DNA of 64,000 bases from Octopus vulgaris (taxonomy: Eukaryota): NCBI GenBank assembly GCA_951406725.2, contig OX597839.1:39804001-39868000 (forward strand), in the 5' to 3' direction. Shown piece by piece: positions 1 to 12,736 of this stretch (the first letter of the stretch is position 1; every line of letters starts with the position of its first letter). Both the position numbers and the translations under genes were made by a program. The notes beneath the pieces are model-generated. The model was not told the origin of the DNA and did no database searches. It saw nothing but the letters and a program-made list of their open reading frames with translations.

Positions 1-139
1 GTTCCTGTGTTTCTGGTGTTCTTTAGAAAGGCGTGTGTTTCTATCTGTAGCTTTGTGTATGCATGCAAGTGTGTATGTGTGTGTGTGTGTGTGTAGGATG
101 ATTCAGGAAATGAAGAATTTTAAACCGCCTTCGTGTATG

Positions 140-233
<94 letters not shown>

Positions 234-375
234 CGTATATGTATATATATATATATATGTATATATATATGTGTATAAAGGAATCTCGACTTTTTAAAAT
301 TCATTCTTAGTATATCTGTTAGTGTGTCTGTCTGCCAGTCAGTTAGACTGTATGTCTTTAGGATATTGTTGTTGT

Positions 376-670
376 TGTTCTTCTTCTTCTTCTTCTTCTT
401 CTTCTTCTTCTTCTTTTCTTCTTCTTGTGTTCGTCTTCTTCTTCTTTTCTTATTCTTCTTTTCTCCTTCTTCTTTTCTTCTTCTTCTTGTCTTCTTCTTC
501 TTCTTCTTCTTCTTCTTCTTCTTTTCTTCTTCTTCTTGTCTTCTACTTCTTCTTGTGTTCTTCTTCTTCTTCTTCTTCTTTTTTCTTCTTCATTTATTCT
601 TCTTCATGTCTTCTTCTTCTTGTCTTCTTCTTCTTCTTCTTCTTCTTCTTCTTCTTCTTCTTTCTTCTTG
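376..670. repeat. (TTC)n microsatellite
   Basis: Direct read; source of the poly-S/F/L ORFs. Confidence 0.95.
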
Positions 671-1342
671 TTTTAATTTCTTAATATATATGCCTGTATA
701 TTGCATGTACACATGGATACGTAGATATATGCATACACACACACACAGATATGCATATATACATACATGCATATATATATATGTGTGTATGTATGTGTCT
801 GTGTGTCTGTGTACGCATATATTGCAATCACACAGTTGTAGCAATCCAATGAAATATGGAGCATACTTCCGGCGAAGAAGAAAATGTCGGCAACAATTAA
901 TAAATGATAAATATAGTCTGGTATACTATAAGAGAAGGTGGCGATGGAGGAGGAGGGGGAGGAGGAGGAGGAGGAGAAAGACTAGAATGTATCAGAGAGG
1001 AAGAAACAGAAGAGTGGATGCTGACTAAATATATACAGTGAAGGATGTGAGGGAGATAGGAAAGTGGGTGTTGTGTGCATGCATGTGGTGCGGATAACAG
1101 TGGGAGGAGTGGGCAACTGAGAGAGTGACTATGAAGGGTTCCCGCTGCCTGGAATGTGGGATTGACTTGGGTGGCCCCCCACCACTGCTGGAAGGTTAAG
1201 AGGATCATTTTGGCAACTATGCAGTTTCTGGTTCAGTTCCAGTGCGTGCTACCTTGGGCAAGTGTATTCTACTGTAACCCCGGGGCCGATATTGTGGAGG
1301 CCCATCTTATATTCTATTATTTGTTTAATTCATTTGATCGAT

Positions 1343-1687
1343 GTCCGTTTCTGTTGCAAACTCTGATTGAGGGGTTTTCTATCACAAGATATTTACGGCC
1401 TGCATAAACTAAAACTGGAACAAACCCGGGACAAATTATTCTTTGTAAATCTAGTACTTATCCTATAGGTTCTTTTGCCGAACCGCTAAGTTACGGGGAC
1501 GTAAACACAACCGGCGATATTGGGGGGCGACAAACACAGATATACACACATACACACGCACACACACATACAAAGATACATATATACATATATATTTGCA
1601 CACATATATATATGCATACACACACACACACATATATATATATACTCACATATGATAAATATAAATATATGTTCATATATATATATG

Positions 1688-1750
<63 letters not shown>

Positions 1751-1771
1751 ATATATATATGTATGTATATA

Positions 1772-1869
<98 letters not shown>

Positions 1870-2427
1870 CTTATACATTCACTCATATACATATGTTGGA
1901 CAATGATATACCGACCTATCCATGAGATCATTATGGACCTTATTGTAAACCCTCTCCACTCGGAGAATAGTAAAACATGACGTTGTCTTCACAAGAATCG
2001 CAAGAGATGATGATCAAGTTTGGCGAAGAGAAAACTGGAGCAATGCAAAACAGACAGGCGGTGTTAGTAATGATGATGATATATAAGAAAACAGATCGAG
2101 ATTTTGGTTTCAAGGCATCCAACAACAGTTGGTCGTCGCATCTTTCATAAACCAACCCTCGGAGCCAATATTTCTGGAGAGATTTATGAAAGGAAGCAGG
2201 GAGGCGGGAGTAGAATTGAAATATCTAATTAAAGATTTCACCAAACTACTTGACCATTCTGGACTTTGAATGACTTTCTTTAACCTTCGTTGACCTCTCC
2301 TTCGACTACTAGCTGACCTCACGCTAAATTTGTTAATTGCAAACGCAAACAAACCGTCCGTTTCTGTTGCAAACTCTGATGGAGGAGTTTTCTATCACAA
2401 GATATTTATGGCCTGCTTAAACTAAAA
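1343..2427 (+). repeat. 72-bp direct repeat pair (1343-1414 and 2356-2427)
   Basis: GTCCGTTTCTGTTGCAAACTCTGAT...CTATCACAAGATATTTA...AAACTAAAA occurs twice, about 1013 bp apart. Confidence 0.85.
1424..1540 (-). mobile_element. SINE family A, 3' half fragment
   Basis: Reverse complement of the CTTAGCGGTTCGGCAAAAG...AAGTACT...ACAAAGAATAA block seen in the full copies. Confidence 0.8.
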
Positions 2428-2981
2428 ATATTCTAATTAAACAGAAATGTGTAAATGTGTGTCGGTGTGTGTGTATGTATGTACATGCAATCAGCGTGTA
2501 TCCGCATATGTATTTCTGAGTGTGTGTGTGTTTATGTGTGTGTATGTGTGTGTAAGTTCTATGCTTATATTTTAATTAATATTTTGTTCAAGATATTTAT
2601 GGCAAGTTTTCTTATCCAGAAAATCAAATGTTGTCTATTTAATACGAACATAGAGTATAACCATACACACATGCACACTCATATACACAAGCGCACACAT
2701 ATATATGTATATATAACATATAAAATGTATATGCATACACACATATATACACACATATATATATATATACATATATCTACATATATATACACACACATAT
2801 ATCTGTGTATTTATATATATATATGGGTATACACATATATACCTATATACATATATATATATATACATGTATATATATGCGTATATATACATACATACAT
2901 ATGTATATATATATATATATATATATACGAATATATATATAAACACATATGCATATACATACATATAAATATATATACATA

Positions 2982-3020
<39 letters not shown>

Positions 3021-3333
3021 GCATATGCATATATATATATATATATGGATATATACATATACATATACAAATATATTTACATCTATATATACATACATAT
3101 ATATACATCTATATATATATATATATATATACACATACATATATATATATATATATATAAATACATATATATATATACACACATATATACACATATATAC
3201 ACATACACATATATATATATGTATATATACATATCACACATACACACACACATATATACATATATATATATGTAGAGAACGATTCAGTATATGCGTGTGT
3301 GTGACACTATATATGAGTGCATGTGTATATTAT

Positions 3334-3377
<44 letters not shown>

Positions 3378-3749
3378 GAATGTGTGAGTGTGCCTTCGGT
3401 GTATATGACCCCAAAAGCAAACGCTTTCAAACCTTTTATTTATTTCCAAATACCCCCTCACGTATGCATTATCTAATATATGTATGAATGTATGTGTATA
3501 GGTATATATATATATAGGCATACGTGTAAGTGTGTATATGTGTATGTTTTACTGCGTGTTTGTCTATGTTGCTTATATAAACAATATTTCGGCAATCAAA
3601 AAATTCTGGCGAAAGTTAAATCTATGACTTGACGTTAATTAATCTAAATGTAACCGCTTTGAAATCATTAATTATTATTCGTCGTGTTGATTTTATGAAC
3701 AAACAAACAAGCAAACAACAACAACAACAATAATGATGATGATGATGAT

Positions 3750-4141
<392 letters not shown>

Positions 4142-4159
4142 GATAATAATCGTTTGTAT

Positions 4160-4299
4160 TGGTACTCATTTAATCGAGCCTGAAATGATGAAAGGCAAGG
4201 TCGACCTCGGCGGAATTTGAACTCAGCACGTAGGGACCGGCGAATTACCGCTAAGCATTTCGCTCGGCATGCTATCGATTCTGTCAGCAAGCCGCCTTA
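4160..4299 (-). mobile_element. SINE family B (tRNA-like head plus Deu/Nin-like core)
   Basis: Reverse complement of GGCGGC..GCTG.CAGAATCG.TAGCA...GAGTTCAAATTCCGCCGAGGTCGAC.TTGCCTTTCATC...GTACCA. Confidence 0.8.
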
Positions 4300-4304
4300 C
4301 TACA

Positions 4305-4352
<48 letters not shown>

Positions 4353-4471
4353 GCTATTGCTGCTGCTGCTGATAGTGATGATGATGATGATGATCATCAT
4401 AATAATAATAAGCAGTAGTAGTAGTTGTAGTGGCAGTAGCAGCAGTAGCAGCAGCAGCAGCAGTAGTAGTA

Positions 4472-4528
<57 letters not shown>

Positions 4529-4571
4529 GTAATAATAATAATTCATGTTTACTCGTGTTTTCTAATTTCTT

Positions 4572-4975
4572 CACGCCGAGCGAAATGCTTAGCGGTATTT
4601 CGGCTGCCGTTACGTTGTGAGTTCAAATTCCGCCGAGGTCGCCTTTGCCTTTCATCCTTTCGGGGTCGATAAAATAAGTACCAGTTGAACACTGCAGTTG
4701 ATGTAATCGAATCATCTTCTTCCCCAAAATTATTGCCCTTGTGGCGAAATTTGGAACCATTATTATTATTATTAGGAGGAGGAGGAGGAGACGGCGAGCT
4801 AACGGAATTGTTAGTACGCCGTACATGATGCTTAGCGGTGTTTCGTCTGCCGTCACGTTGTGTGTTCAAATTCCGCCGAGGTCGTCTTTGCTTCTCATCC
4901 TTTCGGAGTCGATGGAAAAAAATACCAGTTACGCAATGGGTCGATATAATCGACTAGCTCCTTCCTCAAATTTTT
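4572..4975 (+). mobile_element. Two SINE family B copies (about 4572-4762 and 4790-4975)
   Basis: B-box-like GTTCAAATTCC followed by GCCTTTCATCCTTTCGGGGTCGATAAAATAAGTACCAG, which resembles the Deu/Nin conserved domain. Confidence 0.8.
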
Positions 4976-4987
4976 GATGGACTAGTA

Positions 4988-5330
4988 AAGGGTAAAGACC
5001 CCCTTCGGTCATGAATGACCATGGGATTGCACCTAGAAAGTTACTCTCCTAGACACAAGTCCGGGCAAGGTTGTTTATGGAAGACCAGCAGTCGCCCATG
5101 CATACCAGCCTCCCCTCTCCGCGCCACCAGTGTTATCCAAGGGAAAGACAAAGGTCGATACAGCTTGGCACCAGTGACGTCGCAACTCATTTCTACAGCT
5201 GAGTGAACTGGAGCAACGTGAAATAAAGTGCTTTGCTCAAGAACACAACACGCAGCCCGGTCCGGGTTTCGAGCTCACAACCTCACGATCGTAAGCTCGA
5301 CGCTCTAACCACTGAGCCATGCGCCTTCAC
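4988..5330 (-). mobile_element. Full-length tRNA-derived CORE-like SINE (family D) with 12-bp TSD
   Basis: Minus strand begins GTGAAGGCGCATGGCTCAGTGGTTAGAGCG (A box), then a B-box-like motif and CORE-like TGTGTTCTTGAGCAAAGCACTT...CTCAGCTGTAGAAATGAG. GATGGACTAGTA is duplicated at 4976-4987 and 5331-5342. Confidence 0.88.
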
Positions 5331-5876
5331 GATGGACTAGTATAGAAATAATAATTATAATGATTATAATATTAATAATAATGAGAATAAGAATAAGAAT
5401 AAGAGTAATTATTATTACTATTGGTATTCTGAATGTACACTGGATGGCGCTACAGTGTTTAAAGTGCTGGACAAAATATCTTACGTTATTTGATCCGGCT
5501 CATTACACTCTGGCTTCAAAGGCTAAATTAGGTCAGCTTTTCCTTTCATCTTTCCAGAGGTTTGAATTTATAATAATCACTTCTCAAAATAATTGTCCCG
5601 GTAATTAATACAAATTTTGTTTTAACGCACCCACACGCATACACACGCACACATACGCGCGCACGTACACAGACACGTATGTATACCTATGTATAAATCT
5701 ATATATGCGTACATATAAGTAAACTCACAGAAATCCATATAAATATAGATATACATCCGCACTCATGGATGCATGCATTCGTATATACATACGTAAATAC
5801 ATACGTACGTTCAAACATATATATATATATATATATACTTACATACAAACATATATATACATATTTATATTTGTGA

Positions 5877-5918
<42 letters not shown>

Positions 5919-6112
5919 TTACATCTATATATATAGAGAGAGAGAAAGAGAGAGTTAGAGATGGATAGATTCGTAGACAGATAGTAGATAGGTAGATAGA
6001 TTGATGTGTGTGTATATATATATATATATTATATTAAATTAGAGATAAAACCACTATTAGGCAAATCAAAGTTTGGATTTATTCCCTAATATTATTATTA
6101 TATATCTATATA

Positions 6113-6144
<32 letters not shown>

Positions 6145-6158
6145 AGAGATCGAGATAG

Positions 6159-6213
<55 letters not shown>

Positions 6214-7468
6214 GAGAGAGAAAGAGAAAGTTAGAGATGGATGGATTCGTAGACAGAGAGTAGACAGGTAGATAGATTGATGTCGTTAGACCTGAATGAG
6301 GAGAAAATAGTGAACGCTGAGAGAAATATTTTCTTTGAAAAGAGGATAGAAGAGAGAGATATGAGACGTCTAGTACTTAGAATGTCGGTGCAGGAAAGAA
6401 AGTTGAGGAAAAGAAAGATGGACGATGGTCACGTGTGAACAGCGAGAAAGTGAGAGAGAAAAAGAGAAAGAAGGGGTGAGAGAGAGACAGATAGAAAACG
6501 GTGAAAGGGAGGAAAAGGGAATTAGAAAATATGGGGAGAAAACAATATATATATATATACATACACACATATATATACATACATATATATATACACACAC
6601 ACATATATACATACATATATATATACTCACACACATATATTTGTACATGCATGGAAAGGGAGAGAGAGTTGGGAAAACGAAAAACTAAGTATCAAGACAG
6701 GTTCTTACATGTGTATGTGTGTGTGTGTTTACATAATACAAAACTGAAACAAGAGAAGTAACTCAAAGTGGCCAGTGACATGTATTTGAACAACATTTAA
6801 GAATATATAAAAAAAAACCATACAACATAACGTTTTGAATTAATTAAAACCATTTTTCACACTTGAGGACATGTCACGATTAGCAAATAGTGATTAAGCC
6901 CTAATCCTTATTAAAAGTAGAGATAATCTATAGAATAAAAGATATGTACCATGAATGTGTAAGCCTTAAGAAACAAACCACTTTTAAGACACCAATGCTC
7001 TTGTAGTCGGACCAAATCCAGAAATCAGATTCTACCACTATCAGGGAAGGTTACTGCAGGCAGACGTTAGTGTTGAAAGTAAACACCATGTGACAGCATG
7101 TGACACATCGTAACATCACATTAGACGATATGACATCGTGCAATACCGCGGGACACAACGTGACTTCATGATTGCTTTCGTATCCGAAAACAAGTTTTCA
7201 GGTTTTCGTTTCGATTCGCATAATTTTGCTTAGAATTACCAACCGTATTCCGATCACATTGGCTTCCTGGAACTTCAAAAGATAAATGGTATTGGCATTG
7301 GAACTTGGCTACTTTCCGGAATTACTGCTATGGAGATAATTAATTACAGAGTAATTAATACAAAAATAATAATTTGCTAACACATCAAGCGGATAAATGG
7401 CAAAATGTCCATTTTCATTGACGTATCAACAAGCAAGAGTATTAAGCTCTCCCTCGTAGCATAGAGAA

Positions 7469-7992
7469 GAGGAGCGTAGCCTAGTGGTAAGTATGTTGCA
7501 CTTGAGATCGCTTGGTCATTGTTTCGATTCCCGGACCAAGAAGATCATTGTGTTCTTGAGCAGAATGCTTGATTTCACGTGCCACAGTACCTCAGCTATA
7601 GTGAATAACCATGGGACGGACTGGCTTCCAGTTCATGACGAATTTTGTGATCTACGTTCCTTATAGCCATGGGTACTTTTGGTACAATGCAATGGCTAAC
7701 ATGCCCTATGTCAACCACGAATTGAGATAGTACATTTGTGATGGCGAGTGGCCTAGTGTTTAAAGCGTTATATTCACGGTCAGAGTATCTTGGACCGGGC
7801 GGTTTTTTGTGTGCTTTGACCGGGCGGTTTTTTGTGGTCTTAGACCGGGCGGATTTTTTGTGTTCTTGAGCCAAACGCTTCATTTCAGATTGCTCCAATC
7901 TACTCAACTGTAAACTATAAAATTCTGTGGTGGACTGGCATCCCGTTTGGTTGGAATATTTTGATCTTGGTCATTTAAATACCTTGGAAACC
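7469..7992 (+). mobile_element. Two decayed CORE-like SINEs (family E; about 7469-7635 and 7742-7992)
   Basis: tRNA-like head, TTGTGTTCTTGAGC..., GGACTGGCATCCCGT; the second copy has GACCGGGCGG(T)nGTG three times in tandem. Confidence 0.6.
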
Positions 7993-8174
7993 ACACACAC
8001 AAACACATGCAAGTTCTGAGGAAGTACCTCTCCAATGCCTAAAACTGCACATATTACGTAATTTTTCTTTTAGAATTTTTACGCAAACTGGAGTTGCAAA
8101 TAGAGATCGTACGGAAGCATTTGTACCTTATAGTTAAAGAAGTGATAAAGAATTTTCATTGTCTTCTTTTCATT

Positions 8175-8219
<45 letters not shown>

Positions 8220-8222
<3 letters not shown>

Positions 8223-8615
8223 CGCAGGAGTGGCTGTGTGGTAAGTAGCTTGCTATCGAACCACATGGCATCTTGGGCAAGTGTCTTCTGCTATAGCCCC
8301 GGGCCGACCAATGCCTTGTGAGTGGATTTGGTAGACGGAAACTGAAAGAAGCCTGTCGTATATATGTATATATATATATATCTATATATGTATGTGTGTA
8401 TGTTTGCGTGTCTGTGTTTGTCCTCCTAGCATTGCTTGACAACCGATGCTGGTGTGTTTACATCCCCGTCACTTAGCGGTTCGGCAAAAAGAGCCCGATA
8501 GAATAAGTACTGGGCTTACAAGGAATAAGTCCAGGGGTCGATTTGCTCGACTAAAGGCGGTGCTCCAGCATGGCCGCAGTCAAATGACTGAAACAAGTAA
8601 AAGAATAAAAGAAAA
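8220..8615 (+). mobile_element. SINE family A, near full length, with internal (TA)n/(TG)n tract
   Basis: Head GGCGCAGGAGTGGCTGTGTGGTAAG, body CTTGGGCAAGTGTCTTCTGCTATAGC, tail GGCGGTGCTCCAGCATGGCCGCAGTCAAATGACTGAAACAAGTAAAAGA; many copies in the window. Confidence 0.9.
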
Positions 8616-8656
8616 GAATACATGTATGTATGCTTCTATGTATATATGTATATATA

Positions 8657-9082
8657 CTCTTTTACTATTTACTCGTTTCAGCCATGTGGTCGTGGTCATG
8701 CTGGAGCACCACCATGGTCTTTCTGACTTCCTCAGTCTGGGTCTTTCACATCACCACTCCTGTCTGTGCCTTTGTCCCATCTTTTGGTGCATTTGGTGTA
8801 TAAGGGAGTCTGATTCCGCTGCCCACGACTGTACCTCATGTTGGGCTGTTGATTCATCCGGTATCGTGAAGAGGAAGATGTCTAGTTCTTTTTGAAGACA
8901 GCCTATGAAGACACCTTATGCAAATTTCTTAATTTTTGTGGCATGGCATGGAAGAGCTGTGGGCCTTTGCACCCTAGACTATTGCAATACCTGGTCCCGA
9001 ATTTAGATGGAGTGGACGGTACTTTTGGTACAATGCAATGGCGGCCAGTTCTGGCTTTTGTATAAGACTCAATGCTAAACTT
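8657..9082 (-). mobile_element. 3' end of a CR1-group LINE (decayed ORF2 C-terminus, 3'UTR and tail)
   Basis: Minus-strand translation ...GRHCIVPKVP...NSLGCKGPQLFHAMPQKLRNL...FKK/ELDIFLFTIPDE...AAESDSLIHQM fits the CR1-type RT C-terminus (P.L.N.LP..LR, FK..LD.FL..IPD). A related scrap lies at about 7660-7712. Confidence 0.7.
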
Positions 9083-9152
9083 ATGTGCTAGCTGTTCTAG
9101 GATTTTCCATGTCTAAATACATATATGTATATACACATATATATACGTATAA

Positions 9153-9385
9153 AAGGCGGCGAGCTGGCAGAAACGTTAGCACGCCGGGCGAAATGCGTAG
9201 CCGTATTTCGTCTGTCGTTACGTTCCGAGTTCAAACTACGCCGAGGTCGACTTTGCCTTTCATCCTTTCGGGGCCGATAAATTAAGTACCAGTTACGCAC
9301 TGGGGTCGATAAACTCGATTAATCCCTTTGTCTGTCTTTATTTGTCCCCTCTGTGTTTAGCCCCTTGTGGGTCGTAAAGAAATAC
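9153..9385 (+). mobile_element. SINE family B
   Basis: AGGCGGCGAGCTGGCAGAAACGTTAGCACGCCGGGCG...GCCTTTCATCCTTTCGGG...TTTAGCCCCTTGTGGG. Confidence 0.88.
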
Positions 9386-9943
9386 ATATATACGTATATG
9401 TACATAAAACACGCAACTTCTCTCTAACATACTCTCTCTCTTACACTCCCTCTCTCTATTTCCCCCCCTCTCTCTCTCTTCCACACACACGCACGGACGC
9501 ACGCACTTCCAAGTTATGACATACCATTTCAATGAGGAAACTGCTAAGAAAATCAGCAAAAAATTTCTTCCTTAGCTTTCAGATTTTCAAGAATTCTTAA
9601 TTATTTCTCAATAGGAATTGTACGGAAGGGGTGCAGCTCTCTTACATAATAATGAGCCAAAATAACCCCACTAAATCTATACTATTGCTTTATACAACTT
9701 TCCTGCAAATCTCCATTTTTGGTGTATTTCGCCTACCGTTGAGCAATTTGCATTTTTCAAGATATTACTGCCTTGTTTTTTTCTACAAAGGCGTTGGCTT
9801 AGCTGTGCGGTTAGCGAGCTCCCTTTGTTACTAAGTGTTTTCGGGTTCAGTTCCGCTACGATGTACTTGTACCGTAGCTCCGGGGCCGACCAAAACCTCG
9901 TGAGCAAATTTTGCTGTCGAAATTTGTGTGGGAGAACACCATT

Positions 9944-10018
<75 letters not shown>

Positions 10019-10105
10019 GTCTGTCTGTCTGTCTGTCTGTCTGTGTGTGTGTGTGTGTCTGTCTGTCTATCTATCTATCCATCTATCTATTTATCCATAT
10101 AGCTG

Positions 10106-10170
<65 letters not shown>

Positions 10171-10217
10171 AATCTGTCCTGTCTGTGTGCAGCCCTGTGT
10201 GGCCAATAAAGAAACTT
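10171..10217 (+). mobile_element. Extreme 3' end of (CTAT)n-associated non-LTR element (Tx1/L1-like)
   Basis: TCTGTGTGCAGCCCTGTGTGGCCAATAAAGAAACT flanked on both sides by (CTAT)n. Confidence 0.75.
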
Positions 10218-10226
10218 ATCTATCTA

Positions 10227-10299
<73 letters not shown>

Positions 10300-10300
10300 G

Positions 10301-10377
<77 letters not shown>

Positions 10378-10421
10378 TCATGCGCACTTATAATGTATAA
10401 CACACACACACACACATATAC

Positions 10422-10510
10422 ATTTGGTTCGCAAGAAAGTAATTTCGGTGTTTTAGTGTGAAATAAATCTCATTTTTTCATACAAACAATGAACATTAAT
10501 CACTTATCAA
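10422..10510. mobile_element. Mariner terminal-inverted-repeat-like fragment
   Basis: TTTGGTTCGCAAGAAAGTAATTTCGGTGTTTT resembles cecropia-type mariner TIRs (TTAGGTTGGTGCAAAAGTAATTGCGGTTTT). Confidence 0.45.
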
Positions 10511-10517
10511 TGGTGGG

Positions 10518-10589
10518 ATTGAAACAGTGGACCACCTCATCTCTGGGTGTAAGGTTTTAGCGCCTGCAGAATACAAATCTAGACATGAC
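10518..10589 (+). mobile_element. R4/Dong-like non-LTR fragment (zinc-knuckle/RHD region)
   Basis: Translates IETVDHLISGCKVLAPAEYKSRHD, the ET..H...GC...RHD motif preceding the restriction-like endonuclease. It is joined to a decayed SINE A 3' half (about 10590-10750). Confidence 0.75.
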
Positions 10590-11066
10590 GGCAAGAAACA
10601 CCGATAAAATAAATAATAGGCGTACAAAGAAGAGGTCCTGGGGTCAGTTTCTTCGGTTACAAAAACACTTAAGACGGTAATCCGGCAGGGCCGCGGTCAC
10701 ATGACTAAAAGAAGTAAAAGAAATAAAGAATAAAGAAATATAGAAAAGAATTTGTTCATCTCTTTCTTTTTCATTAACAATTTTGGGCACCGATTTTTGA
10801 AATTTCTTTCAAGGACACCTTTAAGCATGTCCCTGATAGTTTGCGCTGCACCTATTTCGAGTGAATCACCACTCCTTGTAGGGCAGGCTGTGTTTAAGAC
10901 AAAGGAGGTAAATCACGGTGAATCCATGTGTTAGCATTTGTGTTAGGCATTTATCAACTCAACCAAGACAGGGAACGGCGCGTCTAGCTTCTAATTAAGC
11001 AGGTATGTGTGTGTCTGTGCAGAAACACGCATACACATTCATATATATATATATATATGTGCACGC

Positions 11067-11099
<33 letters not shown>

Positions 11100-11107
<8 letters not shown>

Positions 11108-11306
11108 TATAGAAGGAGTTTACAGGACTAGAACTGTTTCATTCAAGAGAAATCTTCAGGAAGCACTTCAGGGGCTTCCTGAAGATTTCTCTTGAATGAA
11201 ACAGTACTAGTCCTGTAGAAGCTCCTTCTATATAATAAATTAATTTTACTCTGCTATGTATTGAGTACCTTATTTACTGTGGTTAACCCCGAATCAACCC
11301 GGGACC

Positions 11307-11310
<4 letters not shown>
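11100..11310 (+). mobile_element. Penelope-like/retrozyme-like insert in (TA)n with inverted 5' end
   Basis: About 65-bp inverted arms (11100-11164 / 11174-11240) around a 9-nt spacer, containing hammerhead cores; TA tracts on both sides. Confidence 0.65.
11171..11225 (+). ncRNA. Type I hammerhead ribozyme motif, canonical core
   Basis: GGGGCTTC [CTGAAGA] T-TTC-TCTT-GAA-T [GAA] ACAG-TACTAGTC-CTGT A GAAGCTCC: 8-bp stem I, GUA cleavage triplet, near-palindromic stem III. Confidence 0.75.
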
Positions 11311-11346
<36 letters not shown>

Positions 11347-11411
11347 TATTATATATGAATATATGTGAATGTATATACACATATGTATGTATATATATAT
11401 ATATGTATATA

Positions 11412-11643
11412 TATTTCTTTACTACCCACAAGGGGCTAAACACAGAGGGGACAAACAAGGACTGACAAAGGAATTAAGTCGATTATATCGACCCCAGTGC
11501 GTGACTGGTACTTAATTTATCGACCCCGAAAGGATGAAAGGCAAAGTCGACCTCGGCGGAATTTGAACTCGGAACGTAACGACAGACGAAATACGGCTAC
11601 GCATGTCGCCCGGTGTGCTAACGTTTCTACCAGCTCGCCGCCT
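11412..11643 (-). mobile_element. SINE family B
   Basis: Reverse complement of the 9153-9385 copy. Confidence 0.88.
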
Positions 11644-11656
11644 TATATATATGTAT

Positions 11657-12300
11657 ATAGCTTGCTTACCAGCCATATGGTTACGACTTTTGTACCACTT
11701 TTGTCCTCTGTCCGATCAAAGCCTTGTGAGTGGATTTGGTAGACGGAAACTGAAAGAAGCCTGTCGTATATATATATATAGTGCGTTTAAAAATTTGTTG
11801 TGCAAGATTTTTTTTTATGTGAAGTCGTGTGTTGAAACAGATATTGTTGTATTTCGGAATGGTCATATTGCCAGTTTAGCCAATAAAAACACATGCAATA
11901 TATATTTGGTGTTATTTTGCTTCAGTGTTATTTATTTTTTACATTAATCTTAATCTTATTTCGGCCAGAGGTCTTTCGTCACACTCCTGTGACCGCATCA
12001 GTGGTCCTTTGTTTTCTTCTTTCTTATTTGTGTCTCTCCTTACTAACCGTCAGCCATTTTGTATTTATATATATATATATATATATGTATATGTTTGTGT
12101 GCTTGTGTTTGTCCCCCCACCACCGCTTGACAACCGATGCTGGTGTGTTTACGTCTCCGTACGGTAGCGGTTCGGCAAAACAGAACGATAGAAAAAGTAC
12201 TAGGCTCACAAAGAATAAGTCCTGGGGTCGATTTGCTCGGCTAAAGGCGGTGCTCCAGCATGGCCACAGTCACATGACTGAAACAAGTAAGACTGTAAAA
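11657..12300 (+). mobile_element. SINE family A split by a ~285-bp insert (11782-12065) in its TA tract
   Basis: The left half ends at GAAGCCTGTCG(TA)n and the right half resumes at GTGTTTGTCCCCCCACCACCGCTTGACAACCGATGC. Confidence 0.85.
11963..12007 (-). ncRNA. Hammerhead-like motif, A9C core variant
   Basis: Minus strand: GGACCA [CTGATGC] G GTCACA-GGAG-TGTGAC [GAA] AGACCT C TGGCC. Confidence 0.6.
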
Positions 12301-12631
12301 CAATACACATCTAAATCAATACACACACATATATATATATGTGTGTACATATCTTTATATACCCATATATTAATATACATCTTTATATATATATTTATTA
12401 TATACTATATATATATATATATACATATATGCACACGCAAATATGGCGTACATGCATCTATCGGAGACAGCTCCAAACAATGCCAAACTGATGAGTTCAT
12501 TCTGGTTCAGTGAAACGTGTAATTAGAGGAAAATAAACAAACCTAAGTGAAAAAAGAAGACCACATCTGTTGAAACACTTTGAAACACTAACAGATGAAA
12601 GTGTTTCGTATAAACGATGTATGAATATTTA

Positions 12632-12692
12632 AACACACACACACACAGACACACGTACACGCACAGACACACGTACACGCACACACACACAT

Positions 12693-12736
<44 letters not shown>

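Noticed and set aside
5270-5330. tRNA-like sequences here and at about 35650-35722 and 61030-61100
   Set aside because: They are SINE heads fused to repeat bodies, with no complete cloverleaf or terminator.
7793-7865. Three short GACCGGGCGG repeats and other regularly spaced repeats (CRISPR-like at first sight)
   Set aside because: Simple tandem slippage inside a SINE; no unique spacers and no cas genes, in eukaryotic context.
8094-8895. Recurring peptides such as [15 protein letters not shown] and RPRKDERQSRPRRNLNS
   Set aside because: Translations of SINE A and SINE B, not proteins.
12483-12526. CTGATGA...GAAACGTGTA hammerhead-like core
   Set aside because: Stems I and II do not pair convincingly; counted only as a degenerate relic.
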